Of a stretch of 32,000 nt of DNA, positions 1 through 9,668 are shown in pieces. Each line of letters opens with the position of its first letter. Position 1 is the first letter of the stretch. A program made the translations under genes and the position numbers. The DNA lies in contig CAZPUN010000023.1 in NCBI GenBank assembly GCA_964589775.1, positions 120,001 to 152,000 on the forward strand, given 5' to 3'. The notes beneath the pieces are model-generated. The model saw nothing but the letters and a program-made list of their open reading frames with translations. It ran no database searches and was not told the DNA's origin. The stretch comes from an uncultured archaeon (GTDB lineage: Archaea; Asgardarchaeota; Thorarchaeia; Thorarchaeales; CAZPUN01).

Positions 1-81
1 TTCTAATGCCTTTTCTCCAGTTGCTTGCGGATATGTCTTAAAATTTATGACAATTGCGGGTGTTTTTAATTTATATCCCAT
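1..81 (-). CDS. tpiA: Triosephosphate isomerase, archaeal type (5' part only; runs off the window start)
   Basis: Not in the ORF track. My translation from the ATG at 81 is MGYKLKTPAIVINFKTYPQATGEKALE, containing the archaeal TIM N-terminal motif INFKTY..ATG.KAL. A GGTGA RBS lies at about 89-93. Confidence 0.9.
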   Translation of the reverse strand, partial: MGYKLKTPAIVINFKTYPQATGEKALE

Positions 82-94
82 TTAATATTCACCT

Positions 95-601
95 TTATCT
101 GCCCAATACTAGCATCTTTAAGAATGGTGATTTTGCGAATCCTTTCTTGTTTAATTCGAAAATATCCGTACGAATATCAACTTTTACATAGTGATCTGCA
201 GTTTGTGATTTTGCATATTTTCTAAAAATCTCATTGAATGTGTTGAAATCTGGGGCTTCTACGAGTTCTTCGACCACTGCCTCACTAATTCTAATAAATA
301 CATCTTCGCCTCGTGTACGTGATGGTTCGATATGTGGCTGCTTTAATTCTTCTTTTATTATGAAAAATGCATCTCCACCAGCTAAGAATTGTATTTTAAA
401 TGATACGGGAGCCGGAATTGGATCTAGATTCTCCGGTAGATTCATGAATTCATTAATTTTTTCTTGAATTGTGATTTTTGGTTTTTCCGGTTCTTTTACT
501 TCTGGTTGGACCTCTTCGACTGTTTCAGCTACTTCCTCTTCTTCAGCTGGTTTCTCTTCTTTCTTGCCAATTAATTTTTCCTTTAATTTCTTAAAAACCA
601 T
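95..601 (-). CDS. Hypothetical protein: basic amphipathic N-terminus, acidic linker, possible SCP2-like domain
   Basis: 168-aa ORF with a GAGGT RBS. The C-terminal pattern FKIQF..G...FFI....D.FIRIS....L resembles SCP2 lipid-binding folds (weak, by eye). Confidence 0.55.
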   Translation of the reverse strand: MVFKKLKEKLIGKKEEKPAEEEEVAETVEEVQPEVKEPEKPKITIQEKINEFMNLPENLDPIPAPVSFKIQFLAGGDAFFIIKEELKQPHIEPSRTRGEDVFIRISEAVVEELVEAPDFNTFNEIFRKYAKSQTADHYVKVDIRTDIFELNKKGFAKSPFLKMLVLGR

Positions 602-745
602 TTTAATTACCTCACTTCTTTTTATAATTAATTTTAATTGTTTCTTACTATTAAGAATAGCTTTTCTTGAAACTGTAACATAATAGCGAATGATGTACTT
701 TTTATTAAATTAATAAAAGAAAAAAAGAATGTTTTGGATTTTTTG

Positions 746-931
746 TTATTTTGTCAATTCTGAAAATTGTACTTTTTCAACTGGTGGTTTGACGCCCCAC
801 AGCTCCTGTTTTAGCATGTCTCTAACTGCGATTCTTATGATTTCACTTCTGCTGGGATACATGCCTCTTCTAATTAATTCATCCATTGCTTCCACGTAAC
901 TTTCTGGACAATTTACTGTAATAAGTTTCAA
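746..931 (-). CDS. Ribbon-helix-helix transcription regulator (CopG/Arc/MetJ family; CdrS/aCcr1-like)
   Basis: LITVNCP beta-ribbon, MDELIRRGMYPSRSEIIRIAVRDML helices. TTG start with GGTGA RBS. Confidence 0.9.
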   Translation of the reverse strand: MKLITVNCPESYVEAMDELIRRGMYPSRSEIIRIAVRDMLKQELWGVKPPVEKVQFSELTK

Positions 932-1041
932 AACTTTTCACCAAGAAATAAAGGTGCAAAAACAGTGTTAAACCCTAGTCTTGTGTGGATAATACTTACT
1001 TCTTAATATTAGGCTCTAATAAAAAAGATGAATGGACCGTT

Positions 1042-1368
1042 TTAGCTCAAGATATCCATTAATGTTATGTCAAAAACTAATGTTTTTCCTGCTAATCTGT
1101 GTTTTCCACTCCGTCCATATGCCTTTGATGGTGGAATCGTAACAGTTTTTGTTTCCCCGATTCTCATTCCTACTACCGCTTCTTCAAAGCCTTTAATTAC
1201 TTGTCCTTTTCCTATTGTAAAAGTCAATGGCTTGTAATCATGATTCGGGTCATAAATACCTAATTCTTTTGCAAGTTTTTTTCTTGAAGTATCAAATACA
1301 GAGCCATTTGTAAGCTTTCCCGTATAATGGACCGATACGGTATCTCCATATTTTGCTACGCGTGCCAT
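1042..1368 (-). CDS. FKBP-type peptidyl-prolyl cis-trans isomerase, short form
   Basis: GDTVSVHYTGKL..GSVFDTS, GQVIKGFEEAVVGM, IPPSKAYG, LAGKTLVFDI. Confidence 0.95.
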   Translation of the reverse strand: MARVAKYGDTVSVHYTGKLTNGSVFDTSRKKLAKELGIYDPNHDYKPLTFTIGKGQVIKGFEEAVVGMRIGETKTVTIPPSKAYGRSGKHRLAGKTLVFDITLMDILS

Positions 1369-1398
1369 TTTTATCTCCTCTCAAAATAAAAAGTTAAG

Positions 1399-1414
1399 AG
1401 GGAACTATGTCCCT
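1399..1414 (-). terminator. Possible hairpin terminator after fbp
   Basis: AGGGA-N6-TCCCT inverted repeat adjacent to the fbp stop, followed by a T-rich tract on the minus strand. Confidence 0.4.
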
Positions 1415-2506
1415 TTAATCTGCTTTTGTGAATCGATCTTTCAGTTTTTCTAAGACACCTGGTAAGGTTGTGTATTCCATGTCATCTTCATGCAATCTGT
1501 GTGGCATGAATGGTCCATGGCGTCTTAGATAGTCCATCATTTCAAGTGCTCTCTGGCGAGTGATATCAAATGCTTTGTCTGCAAAGAAATCAACTGGTCC
1601 AAATAGCTTTCCATTGGATACTTGGAATCCTAAACCAATGATTCGTGGAGGCCCATCAAATCGTGTGCATTTTGCGTCCTCAACTGCAACAGGCATTAGT
1701 GGTCCGGTGTGAGAGCCTCTCATCCATCCTGCAACAAGATGTGGCATGGTAAATGCTTCTAATATTTCACCCATTGCAGGGAGTCCGCTATGTGCTCGTA
1801 CGATTGCTACAGGGTCATCCTTTCCAATGTACTTGTTCGCAATTGCGTATAGCTTATCTGTACTAACCGCAGCTGCAGGCAAGTCATCATATCGCCATAC
1901 TTTCTTGATTGTATATCTACCAGTTGACCCAATTAAAGCAAGTAAATCATACATTTCCTCTGGTGTTTTCAGTGTGACTAACTTGTTTTCTTTTATGTCC
2001 ATTACTTGAAACTTGAATCCTCCATGGATCTTTGGATCAATTACAAGTCCTGCGGTATTGAAGGGGTCTGCGAAAATCTTGAAAATTGGTAAGTTGAATG
2101 CTCCTGGTTCGGTCTTATCTGCCATAAATACAGCAATTGGATCTGATTTTCTCTCCTCGAATTCTAACTCTGCAACTCCCGGACCCATACCCTTTACATT
2201 TCCACTGAATGTGTCTTTTAGAAGGTCCTGTCCTGCGCCATAGAGCTTTAAGTTTCTTGCTTCTTGAGCGCATTTCATAAATGTGTCCCATGCAAGGCGG
2301 TGGACCTCTTCATTCATTTCGCCTTTGTTGTGGGTCATAATCAATTGTAAGTCGTCTCCAACATGGGTAACATGAAAATCAAGAATAATGCCCTTTTCAA
2401 CGGCTGCCTTTAATTCCTTTTTCGCTATACTCATTAGTTCCTCAGGAACAACAACGTGTCCTCCAACGGAACCAATGTCTGCTTTAATTACAGAGACTGT
2501 GGTCAT
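1415..2506 (-). CDS. fbp: Bifunctional fructose-1,6-bisphosphate aldolase/phosphatase (class V FBPase)
   Basis: SVIKADIGSVGGH, VGDD, YGAGQDLL, DKTEPGAFN, YIGKDDP, GWMRGSH, RFDGPP, EYTTLP motifs. Confidence 0.97.
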   Translation of the reverse strand: MTTVSVIKADIGSVGGHVVVPEELMSIAKKELKAAVEKGIILDFHVTHVGDDLQLIMTHNKGEMNEEVHRLAWDTFMKCAQEARNLKLYGAGQDLLKDTFSGNVKGMGPGVAELEFEERKSDPIAVFMADKTEPGAFNLPIFKIFADPFNTAGLVIDPKIHGGFKFQVMDIKENKLVTLKTPEEMYDLLALIGSTGRYTIKKVWRYDDLPAAAVSTDKLYAIANKYIGKDDPVAIVRAHSGLPAMGEILEAFTMPHLVAGWMRGSHTGPLMPVAVEDAKCTRFDGPPRIIGLGFQVSNGKLFGPVDFFADKAFDITRQRALEMMDYLRRHGPFMPHRLHEDDMEYTTLPGVLEKLKDRFTKAD

Positions 2507-2616
2507 TGTTAAAGCACCTCGCTTATATTAGTTGATTAATTCGAAACGTAATTACTTTAATAGTCTTTCTAATCCTAAATATATCTTGTTAATAATTTCG
2601 TAATTGGTTGATTAAA

Positions 2617-3444
2617 ATGAAGTACTCGTCTGCAGACCGTCCTGAAACTGAAGATCGTAAACAATATCATATTCAGTTAAAACCGGGTGATCTTACCGAT
2701 ACTGTATTATTACCCGGTGATCCCGAACGCATAATTCGTATTAGTGCGACTTGGGACTCTTTTGAGTTTGTTGCATCGCACAGGCAGTTCGTTTCTCATA
2801 GAGGTGTTTACAAAAGAACGCTGATTTCGGCAGTGTCTACAGGAATTGGTTGTCCTGCAACTGCTATTGTTGTTGAGGAGTTAGCAAATATTGGCGTAAA
2901 AAATTTGATACGCGTAGGTACTACAGGCGCCATTCAAAAAGACATTAAATGTGGCGATCTGGTGATTTCTTCTGCTGCAGTTAGGCTTGATGGAACATCA
3001 CATCAATATGTACGCCCTGAATTTCCAGCATTTGCTAGTTATGAAATTTTGCTAGCTCTAATTGAAGCAGCCGAGACTTTAGGCTTTAGATATCATGTTG
3101 GAATAACAGCATCGACAGATTCATTTTACACTGGACAAGGAAGACCTGGTTATGGTGGATACTGGCAATCCTGGATGGACAATATAATTCCTGATTTGCA
3201 AAGAGCTGGTGTTTTAAATTTTGAAATGGAAGCTGCTACGCTATTCACACTATCTAGTTTATTCGGACTTCGTGCAGGTGTAGTAACAGCAGTTTACGCA
3301 AATAGAGTAACGAATGAGTTTGATACGGTTGGTGAGCCTGATGCTATAGCTTGTGCAAACGAAGCCGTAAAAATTCTTCATGAGATGGATCGTGAAAAAT
3401 TAGCATCAAAGAAAAAATATTGGTATCGTCGGTTAGCAAGATAA
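2617..3444 (+). CDS. udp: Uridine/nucleoside phosphorylase (PNP_UDP_1 family)
   Basis: QYHI, LLPGDPER, STGIGCP, IRVGTTG, DSFYTGQGR, NFEMEAATLF. ATG 2617 is preferred over TTG 2608. Confidence 0.9.
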   Translation: MKYSSADRPETEDRKQYHIQLKPGDLTDTVLLPGDPERIIRISATWDSFEFVASHRQFVSHRGVYKRTLISAVSTGIGCPATAIVVEELANIGVKNLIRVGTTGAIQKDIKCGDLVISSAAVRLDGTSHQYVRPEFPAFASYEILLALIEAAETLGFRYHVGITASTDSFYTGQGRPGYGGYWQSWMDNIIPDLQRAGVLNFEMEAATLFTLSSLFGLRAGVVTAVYANRVTNEFDTVGEPDAIACANEAVKILHEMDREKLASKKKYWYRRLAR

Positions 3445-3459
3445 ACTACATTGTTTAAA

Positions 3460-3486
3460 CAAAATGGAGCTTATGAGCTCCTTTTG
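3460..3486. terminator. Bidirectional hairpin terminator between convergent genes
   Basis: CAAAAT-GGAGCT-TATG-AGCTCC-TTTTG, lying between the stops at 3444 (+) and 3493 (-). Confidence 0.7.
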
Positions 3487-3492
3487 CTTATT

Positions 3493-3837
3493 TTATGATT
3501 GAAGCTCTTGTGAAATTTCTTTCTCGAGTTTATCTAGCTCCTGCTCATCTTCTACAAGTTCAATTTCATCTGATTCTAAATTGAAAATTTCATCATCATG
3601 ATCGTCTGTTACAGTTTCGAGTTTATAAAGTACTTTAAAGCCAGATAAAGTCATATGGATGGCGTTTCCGATCTCTACAATATCATCTAGCACGATGTCC
3701 CCTTTGTGTTCATACACAAAATCATATGCGCCCTTTATTGGCTTGAATCCCAATCCCATTAATTTCTCAATTACTATGGATGGCGGAGCACCCTCAGAGT
3801 TAAACCATACAGTTAGATATGTCTTCAAATATGTCAC
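3493..3837 (-). CDS. Conserved-looking archaeal hypothetical protein with an acidic tail
   Basis: KTYLTVWFNSEGAPPS...LGFKPIKGAYDFVY...YKLET core, followed by a D/E-rich tail. Confidence 0.7.
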   Translation of the reverse strand: MTYLKTYLTVWFNSEGAPPSIVIEKLMGLGFKPIKGAYDFVYEHKGDIVLDDIVEIGNAIHMTLSGFKVLYKLETVTDDHDDEIFNLESDEIELVEDEQELDKLEKEISQELQS

Positions 3838-3956
3838 GCTCCATGTGAATATTTAATGTATTTCTCTATTTAATTATATACATTTATCCAATATTATTAT
3901 ATCCCATCTATTGTATTAAAAATAATCGTTTCCTTTTTATTAATTAACGTTTCGAT

Positions 3957-5009
3957 TTATCGTCTTAAAGACTCATAATTGAGTTCGGATTTCCATTTTA
4001 TTTTACAATCACATGTTAAATTATCAAATACTTTTGGATTCTGGTGTAATGCGTAATTTCTGATGGCCTCTAGAACCGTTGTATCACACTTTCCACAGTT
4101 ATGTGCGCCTCTATCTTTTCCTGCCGCAGTTGGATCACAATCAAATCGAATTTGCTTTGTGTATTGTGCTGTTCTTTTTAGTACCTCTACGACACTCCAA
4201 AGCCAAGGTGGTCTATAACTACCTGCTTTCCACACTTTCTCAACTAATGTACCCGATTGTATATTCATTGGATTTATTGATATCGTGGTAGTTCCAGCTT
4301 TGATTGCAAACTCAATTGATCTAAGTGCATCATCGATTGCTTCTGCCTCTGATAGAAATAGAGGTTTAAATAGCAAATATGTTCTGACACCAAATCCAAG
4401 TTCTCTTGCAGTTCGGACTGCTTTTAGATATAATTTGTTTGTAAATCCTTTATTGATCGAATGGACTCTTACAAATTCGTTACTTGATTCAAGACCAATT
4501 GCAATTTCTACCGATTTATTACTAAGTATCTGCTTTATGTCTCGTAGATATTGTTTCCGAACAAATTCAGGTCTTGATTCCAATACAATTTCTTTTACTT
4601 CATCTATATTTGATAAAATTTGGAGGATTTCGTTTCGTGCATCGGTTGGGACCTCTTTTGGGTCGAGAAAACTGCCTGATGTATATATTTTCACAATGTA
4701 CGGTGGCTTTTTATTTCTTAGATTTTCCAAGGCAACATTCAATTGTGATACTAGTATATCCTTAGTTGCAGTTCCTTCTATATATTCACTAACATACCCA
4801 CACATTGAGCATCCGCCGGATTTAGATCGGGACCAGAAACAACCTATTGTTTCTAAGACTAAAGACAGTCCTGTACCAATTTGACCCTGAACGCTCTCGG
4901 GTGCAAACCAATATGTTGCAGGTCTATTGCCTATTTGTTTCTTATGCTCAAATGTTCGACTTCTAATTTCATAGACTTCTGCAGCTAATGCTTTATCGTA
5001 ATACTCCAT
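3957..5009 (-). CDS. raSEA: Archaeosine biosynthesis radical SAM protein RaSEA (TIGR01210 type)
   Basis: GCFWSRSKSGGCSMCGY cluster motif, KIYTSGSFLD, ESRPE, YLLFKP, YRPPWLWS, RGAHNCGKCD. Adjacent to arcS. Confidence 0.93.
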   Translation of the reverse strand: MEYYDKALAAEVYEIRSRTFEHKKQIGNRPATYWFAPESVQGQIGTGLSLVLETIGCFWSRSKSGGCSMCGYVSEYIEGTATKDILVSQLNVALENLRNKKPPYIVKIYTSGSFLDPKEVPTDARNEILQILSNIDEVKEIVLESRPEFVRKQYLRDIKQILSNKSVEIAIGLESSNEFVRVHSINKGFTNKLYLKAVRTARELGFGVRTYLLFKPLFLSEAEAIDDALRSIEFAIKAGTTTISINPMNIQSGTLVEKVWKAGSYRPPWLWSVVEVLKRTAQYTKQIRFDCDPTAAGKDRGAHNCGKCDTTVLEAIRNYALHQNPKVFDNLTCDCKIKWKSELNYESLRR

Positions 5010-5015
5010 TGTGTT

Positions 5016-6857
5016 CTACCTCTTATGTCGAATCTGTACTGCAACTCCCCGTTCAGAATCAATCATTTCTGAACCAGACATTAAGCTTTTTCCGGAAGCA
5101 ATAACATTACCATTAATGTCTAAAATAACAACCTCATCAAATGGTCGAATTTGCTTATCTGCGTCTTCAATTCCCTTTGCAAACAAAGAACTGCCCTTTA
5201 ATTCAGTTCCATTGAAGCGAACCCAATAAACTTCATGCTCTGCTAAGATCTCTGCACCTTTTAATCCCAATGACAGAAACCCAGTTTCTGGATTCTGATA
5301 TGCTATCTGGTTCTTGTTTAACATAACTTTCTTAGGACGGCGAGGTTTACCTAATATTTTTGTTTCATCATTTATTAATTCGTGACCAATTCCTTTTCCG
5401 AATTGATAATCTGCAATTGCTCTTAATTGCTCTTGTAAATAATCTATTTTTTCTCCCGGTTCGGAAATTATTGTCTTAAGCGCATTTTGAAGATTTTGTA
5501 TTGCGTTTTGTGAAGTTGGTGATATGTTACGTGATGTATAGATTATCTCTTGCCTGATATCATTTTTTATGTGTTCAAATGATAAAAGATATCCCCCAGA
5601 TAAATGTACAATCACTTTCGTATTTTCATCAAATTTGTTCAAGTAATCTTTAATGGCTTGTGCAGTGAGTATTTGTTCCTCATAACTCCAATCACCAGTT
5701 ACCGGAATATCATAATGTGCTGCAGGATATATTTCTTCTAATTCTCTTGGAACAAGTCCTAACGGTGAAGTAACTATTGCTTCATGAATTAGTGATCTAC
5801 TCTTTTTTGCAACAGATTTTATTGCATTTTGATAGACTCTATGTGTTTTTGATAATGAATATGGCTTCTTAGATGAGCATGGCAATAAAATAATCACATC
5901 GACTTTTTTACGATATGAACTGTATCGCTCTTTAACGCGTTTTATAAACGTTTGAACTTCAGGAGCGTATATACTCAAATCACTATTACATATTAATTTG
6001 AATGATTTTTGTGTGGGCGTATATGCTTCTAAATACGAATAATAATCCCGTAATGCGATACGTGTAATCGTATGTAATTCTGGTAAAAAGTACGAATATG
6101 CTTCAACTACTCGGCGTATCCATCCTTCATTTATGGACTCATTTGTTAGGTTCAAAATTCGCATGGCAAACTGATAATTTTTAATTAATAACTCCTCATA
6201 TGGGGTTTCATTTTTTTTCCAACCAAAATCAAATAATTCTCTATGTTCTGCAGTTGAATATATTATTTCTGACATATCAAACAGATCAATTCCTAAATAC
6301 ACTAGTAATGGATAATATGATGGATGTATTCTTCCTGTTAAAAGTCTTGGAATATCCGGAGGTAATTCTTGAATAATTCTTAATGTTCTGATAAATTTAT
6401 AGTGATTTTCAGTTGGTACATCTGTTAATATGAATAGTTTAGTTCCTTGTCTTTTGAACTTCTTTGCAAAATCTATCACTTGTTCTCCTGCTGAAAGTGG
6501 AATCTTTACTGCCAAGTTTTCTATTTTTAAATCATCTATGATTTTATATTGACGCTGTAAAAGCTCCTTAATATATTCGGTACTGAGTCCCCATCTTATT
6601 CCAGTTTCAGGCGCAACGTATATTTTCTCAGGGTCAATATTTGGCCTTCGATTATAATACACCATATAATTTGGCAAAATTGTGATGTTTATCTTATTAG
6701 GATTATACTTTTGAGAGTCATTTAGTCCAAATAAAATGTTTGTAGGTAAATTATCATCTCCGAATGATGCAAAAGATGGTGTTTTGATTGTGATATCCTT
6801 ATGTTTTAATTGACCGATTCTTGCGGGGCCATCATGCTTTTTTAAAGAAAACTCCAC
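5016..6857 (-). CDS. arcS: Archaeosine synthase ArcS (degenerate TGT barrel, catalytic domain, PUA domain)
   Basis: HDGPARIG start, GIDLFD, LPCSSKKPYSLSKTH, TSPLGLVPRELE..YPAAHYDIPVTGDW, and a C-terminal PUA domain (LFAKGI...IRPFDEV..G..RGVAVQIRH). Confidence 0.92.
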   Translation of the reverse strand: MEFSLKKHDGPARIGQLKHKDITIKTPSFASFGDDNLPTNILFGLNDSQKYNPNKINITILPNYMVYYNRRPNIDPEKIYVAPETGIRWGLSTEYIKELLQRQYKIIDDLKIENLAVKIPLSAGEQVIDFAKKFKRQGTKLFILTDVPTENHYKFIRTLRIIQELPPDIPRLLTGRIHPSYYPLLVYLGIDLFDMSEIIYSTAEHRELFDFGWKKNETPYEELLIKNYQFAMRILNLTNESINEGWIRRVVEAYSYFLPELHTITRIALRDYYSYLEAYTPTQKSFKLICNSDLSIYAPEVQTFIKRVKERYSSYRKKVDVIILLPCSSKKPYSLSKTHRVYQNAIKSVAKKSRSLIHEAIVTSPLGLVPRELEEIYPAAHYDIPVTGDWSYEEQILTAQAIKDYLNKFDENTKVIVHLSGGYLLSFEHIKNDIRQEIIYTSRNISPTSQNAIQNLQNALKTIISEPGEKIDYLQEQLRAIADYQFGKGIGHELINDETKILGKPRRPKKVMLNKNQIAYQNPETGFLSLGLKGAEILAEHEVYWVRFNGTELKGSSLFAKGIEDADKQIRPFDEVVILDINGNVIASGKSLMSGSEMIDSERGVAVQIRHKR

Positions 6858-6869
6858 ACAATTTCACCT

Positions 6870-9533
6870 TTAGATAAATGGTTTTTCAGCCTTATACTCT
6901 TCTTTGAATGTTGTTTCGCTTCCTGCCATTACCAATTTAAATGATTCTAAAGCACCATATTTGAATAGTGGTGTATTGTTATTTCCACATGAATAACTGT
7001 ATGTACAATTTGGGCAGCCACTAATACTTTTACAAGAACAACCTTCTAAAATTAAGATACTTCTCCGAATAGCCTCTTCCAATCTGTTGTATAATAATTT
7101 TGACGCACCATTACCACCTGGGGTTCCATCATAAACAAAAATGATCCCGGACGCCCCCATCGAAATACCGCCAATTTCACGAGAACCCCCACCTGTTAGC
7201 ATATCGCTTGATTCAATAAGTACGTGCTCGAATGCGTGGAAAGCCCCCATAATTAATTGTAATTCTTCTCTATCCTTTGATTTATTATCCGCATATTTTA
7301 GAACTGATTCTCTTGGTTCAGGAGCTTTTAGTACGAATCCTTTTGTTTCAAAAGTATATTTGATTGGCTCTGGCAAGTCTTTCTTTCGCTTGAATGTTCC
7401 TTTGTAAATATCTTTAACTACATAGCCAGTAACAACTTCAGTAATTCGAAGGTCACAATATTTTACATTAATTCCCATTACATTTCGTTCTTCTAATACT
7501 TTTACTATTTCTGGAACCGAATACCTTAATGCGGTAGTTTTTTCTTTTATATCCTCTTTGATCTCTGACACGATGGCTTTTCCGACTCCTCCTAAATACT
7601 TGAATGATATTGACTTGTATTTCTTTCCGCCATGCAAGTAGATTGCTTCAGGAAATAATTCGGACGCTGCCATTGGCATGTTTCGTTTTCCAATTACTTT
7701 ATTTTCCTCATTATAGATATAGACGACGTCTCCTATTCCTCTTATATTATATGCGTTTAACAACTTGCGAGCTTTATATCTATCAGCTATTATCACACGT
7801 TCATCATCTAATATCTTTATCAATCCATCTCGCTCTAATTTTTCATAAACATCTCTATGTCGTTCAAATGTCTTTAATTGTAATCCGCCTTCCATGGCAG
7901 TTGCAAGAATTTGATAGTATGCAACTACATCATTCATTGGTTCGATATATCCATTCTCAATATCTGTGAAATATTGGTCCGGATAATTTTTATAAAATGC
8001 AGAAATTGGGTCTTTCTCGCGTAATGCAAGAATTGCGATACTCTCTTGACCTTTTCGTCCTGCTCTTCCAATTCGTTGTGTTAATCTAGTAATGTTTGTT
8101 AGAAGGCTCACTACTGCATCCAAATCTCCAATGTCAATTCCCAACTCCAATGTGGGTGTGGAAACTAATACTTGTAATTTTCCTGTTTTGAAATCATGTT
8201 CGACAGTTCTTCTATGTTTTGTTCCAAGTCCAGACCTGTGTATGTTTGAATTTATCTTATTTTTTCGAAGCATTAGATTTAGTAGTTCTGCCTCAACATG
8301 TGTATTTCCAAAAACTAAAACTTTGAATCCGCCTCGGATTAGTGAAGTAACTGCATTCACGATCATTGAGTATTTGCTACGCTGTGTTGGATACATCATT
8401 ACAAAATGAATTGTGCCTCTTTTTCCTTTTTCAGATATTATTGCGTGTACTGGACGGTCAAAAAGGAGTTCTGCGAACTCTTTGGGATTACCAATTGTTG
8501 CGGAAGCACCAATAGTTTGTAGGGGTCCTGTAAGCCTTTCAAGACGTTTTAATATGAAATATACGTTAGTGCCGAAGGAACCATTATACAGATGGATCTC
8601 ATCAAATACAATTATTCTAACGGTAAACAGCAGTTCTCTTAGGCGTGAGTCCAATCTTCCCAAATGGTAATGAAGTACATCTGGATTTGTTATCAATATA
8701 TCTGGTGGGCTATCATAAATTCTCTGCCGTTCTCTTTCAGGGGTATCTCCATCAAATATTGCAACAGATATTCCAGTTGCCCTAGCAAACGTTTTGATTT
8801 TTTCAAATTGATCTCGTGCAAGTGCCTTTGTAGGATAAATAAGTATTGCTTTAATTTCGTGGCTGAATATATTATCATCCAGCATATTTATAATTCTCGT
8901 AAAAATTGGCAAAATGAAAGCTTCTGTTTTACCTTGTCCTGTGGGTGCTACAATGACTACATTTTCGCCTTTAGTAATCGCATTATATGAATCTTCCTGG
9001 AATTTGTATAATTTACGTATTCCACGTTCTTTTAAAACCTTCAATAAGGGTGCGGGCAATTGCAAGTCTTTTGTATCGCATCCATATTCTGCATCTGTAG
9101 GCCTAAATTGCTTATATTTTACAATATAATCCATTCGTGTTGAGAGTATCTGTTGTAATGCTTTGGGAAGGTCTTCGAAATCTGCCCCCTCTTTTTTAAC
9201 TTCATTCATTATGCTTCTTATACTTCTTATTAATTCATCAATTCCTGGTTGTCCTTCACTTACTTCTTCAATAATTTCTATTGGTGTCTCTTCAGCTATT
9301 ATTTCATCATTTTCAGTTATTTTCACTGCCTGTCCTGGCTCGAGAATTTTGTTTTCTACAAGATCTACGAATCGAAAATAAGCATCGAGCAAGTCATTCG
9401 GGCGTTTTTGTTCTTTTATCTCAATTGCAAGAATTAGTGACATTTCACAATCGCGGCAAACAACATTCCACGAGCCATTTTCTTTTTTAATACGTAATCT
9501 GTTCCCACATATTGGGCAATGTAAGACAGGCAT
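6870..9533 (-). CDS. SF2 DEAD/DEAH-box helicase with C-terminal DUF1998 Zn domain (Hrq1/MrfA/SftH-like) and an N-terminal Zn ribbon
   Basis: LYKFQ Q-motif, APTGQGKT, YPTKALARDQ, DEIH, SAT, TLELGIDIG, QRIGRAGR, IFVYDG.PGGNG, CSC...GCPNC. N-terminal CPICG..CRDC. Confidence 0.93.
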   Translation of the reverse strand: MPVLHCPICGNRLRIKKENGSWNVVCRDCEMSLILAIEIKEQKRPNDLLDAYFRFVDLVENKILEPGQAVKITENDEIIAEETPIEIIEEVSEGQPGIDELIRSIRSIMNEVKKEGADFEDLPKALQQILSTRMDYIVKYKQFRPTDAEYGCDTKDLQLPAPLLKVLKERGIRKLYKFQEDSYNAITKGENVVIVAPTGQGKTEAFILPIFTRIINMLDDNIFSHEIKAILIYPTKALARDQFEKIKTFARATGISVAIFDGDTPERERQRIYDSPPDILITNPDVLHYHLGRLDSRLRELLFTVRIIVFDEIHLYNGSFGTNVYFILKRLERLTGPLQTIGASATIGNPKEFAELLFDRPVHAIISEKGKRGTIHFVMMYPTQRSKYSMIVNAVTSLIRGGFKVLVFGNTHVEAELLNLMLRKNKINSNIHRSGLGTKHRRTVEHDFKTGKLQVLVSTPTLELGIDIGDLDAVVSLLTNITRLTQRIGRAGRKGQESIAILALREKDPISAFYKNYPDQYFTDIENGYIEPMNDVVAYYQILATAMEGGLQLKTFERHRDVYEKLERDGLIKILDDERVIIADRYKARKLLNAYNIRGIGDVVYIYNEENKVIGKRNMPMAASELFPEAIYLHGGKKYKSISFKYLGGVGKAIVSEIKEDIKEKTTALRYSVPEIVKVLEERNVMGINVKYCDLRITEVVTGYVVKDIYKGTFKRKKDLPEPIKYTFETKGFVLKAPEPRESVLKYADNKSKDREELQLIMGAFHAFEHVLIESSDMLTGGGSREIGGISMGASGIIFVYDGTPGGNGASKLLYNRLEEAIRRSILILEGCSCKSISGCPNCTYSYSCGNNNTPLFKYGALESFKLVMAGSETTFKEEYKAEKPFI

Positions 9534-9668
9534 AATTATTCCTCTAGTTTTCTTATTGTGTTTGGGATATTAATTTTTTTCATGTGGTTCTATGTTCCTT
9601 ATGTTAAGGCTTAAATAATAATATGAGTAATAAGTCTTTGAGGTGAAATTTAATGGAGGATTCCAACA

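Noticed and set aside
4285-4884. Long antisense or alternate-frame ORFs (also 19688-20170, 21611-22084, 13351-13773, 9650-10042, 30995-31375 and others)
   Set aside because: They shadow well-supported genes and contain no recognisable motifs.
6870-9533. DUF1998 helicase as a DISARM, Druantia or Dpd defence component
   Set aside because: No methylase, phospholipase D or other defence partners; the neighbours are tRNA archaeosine genes.
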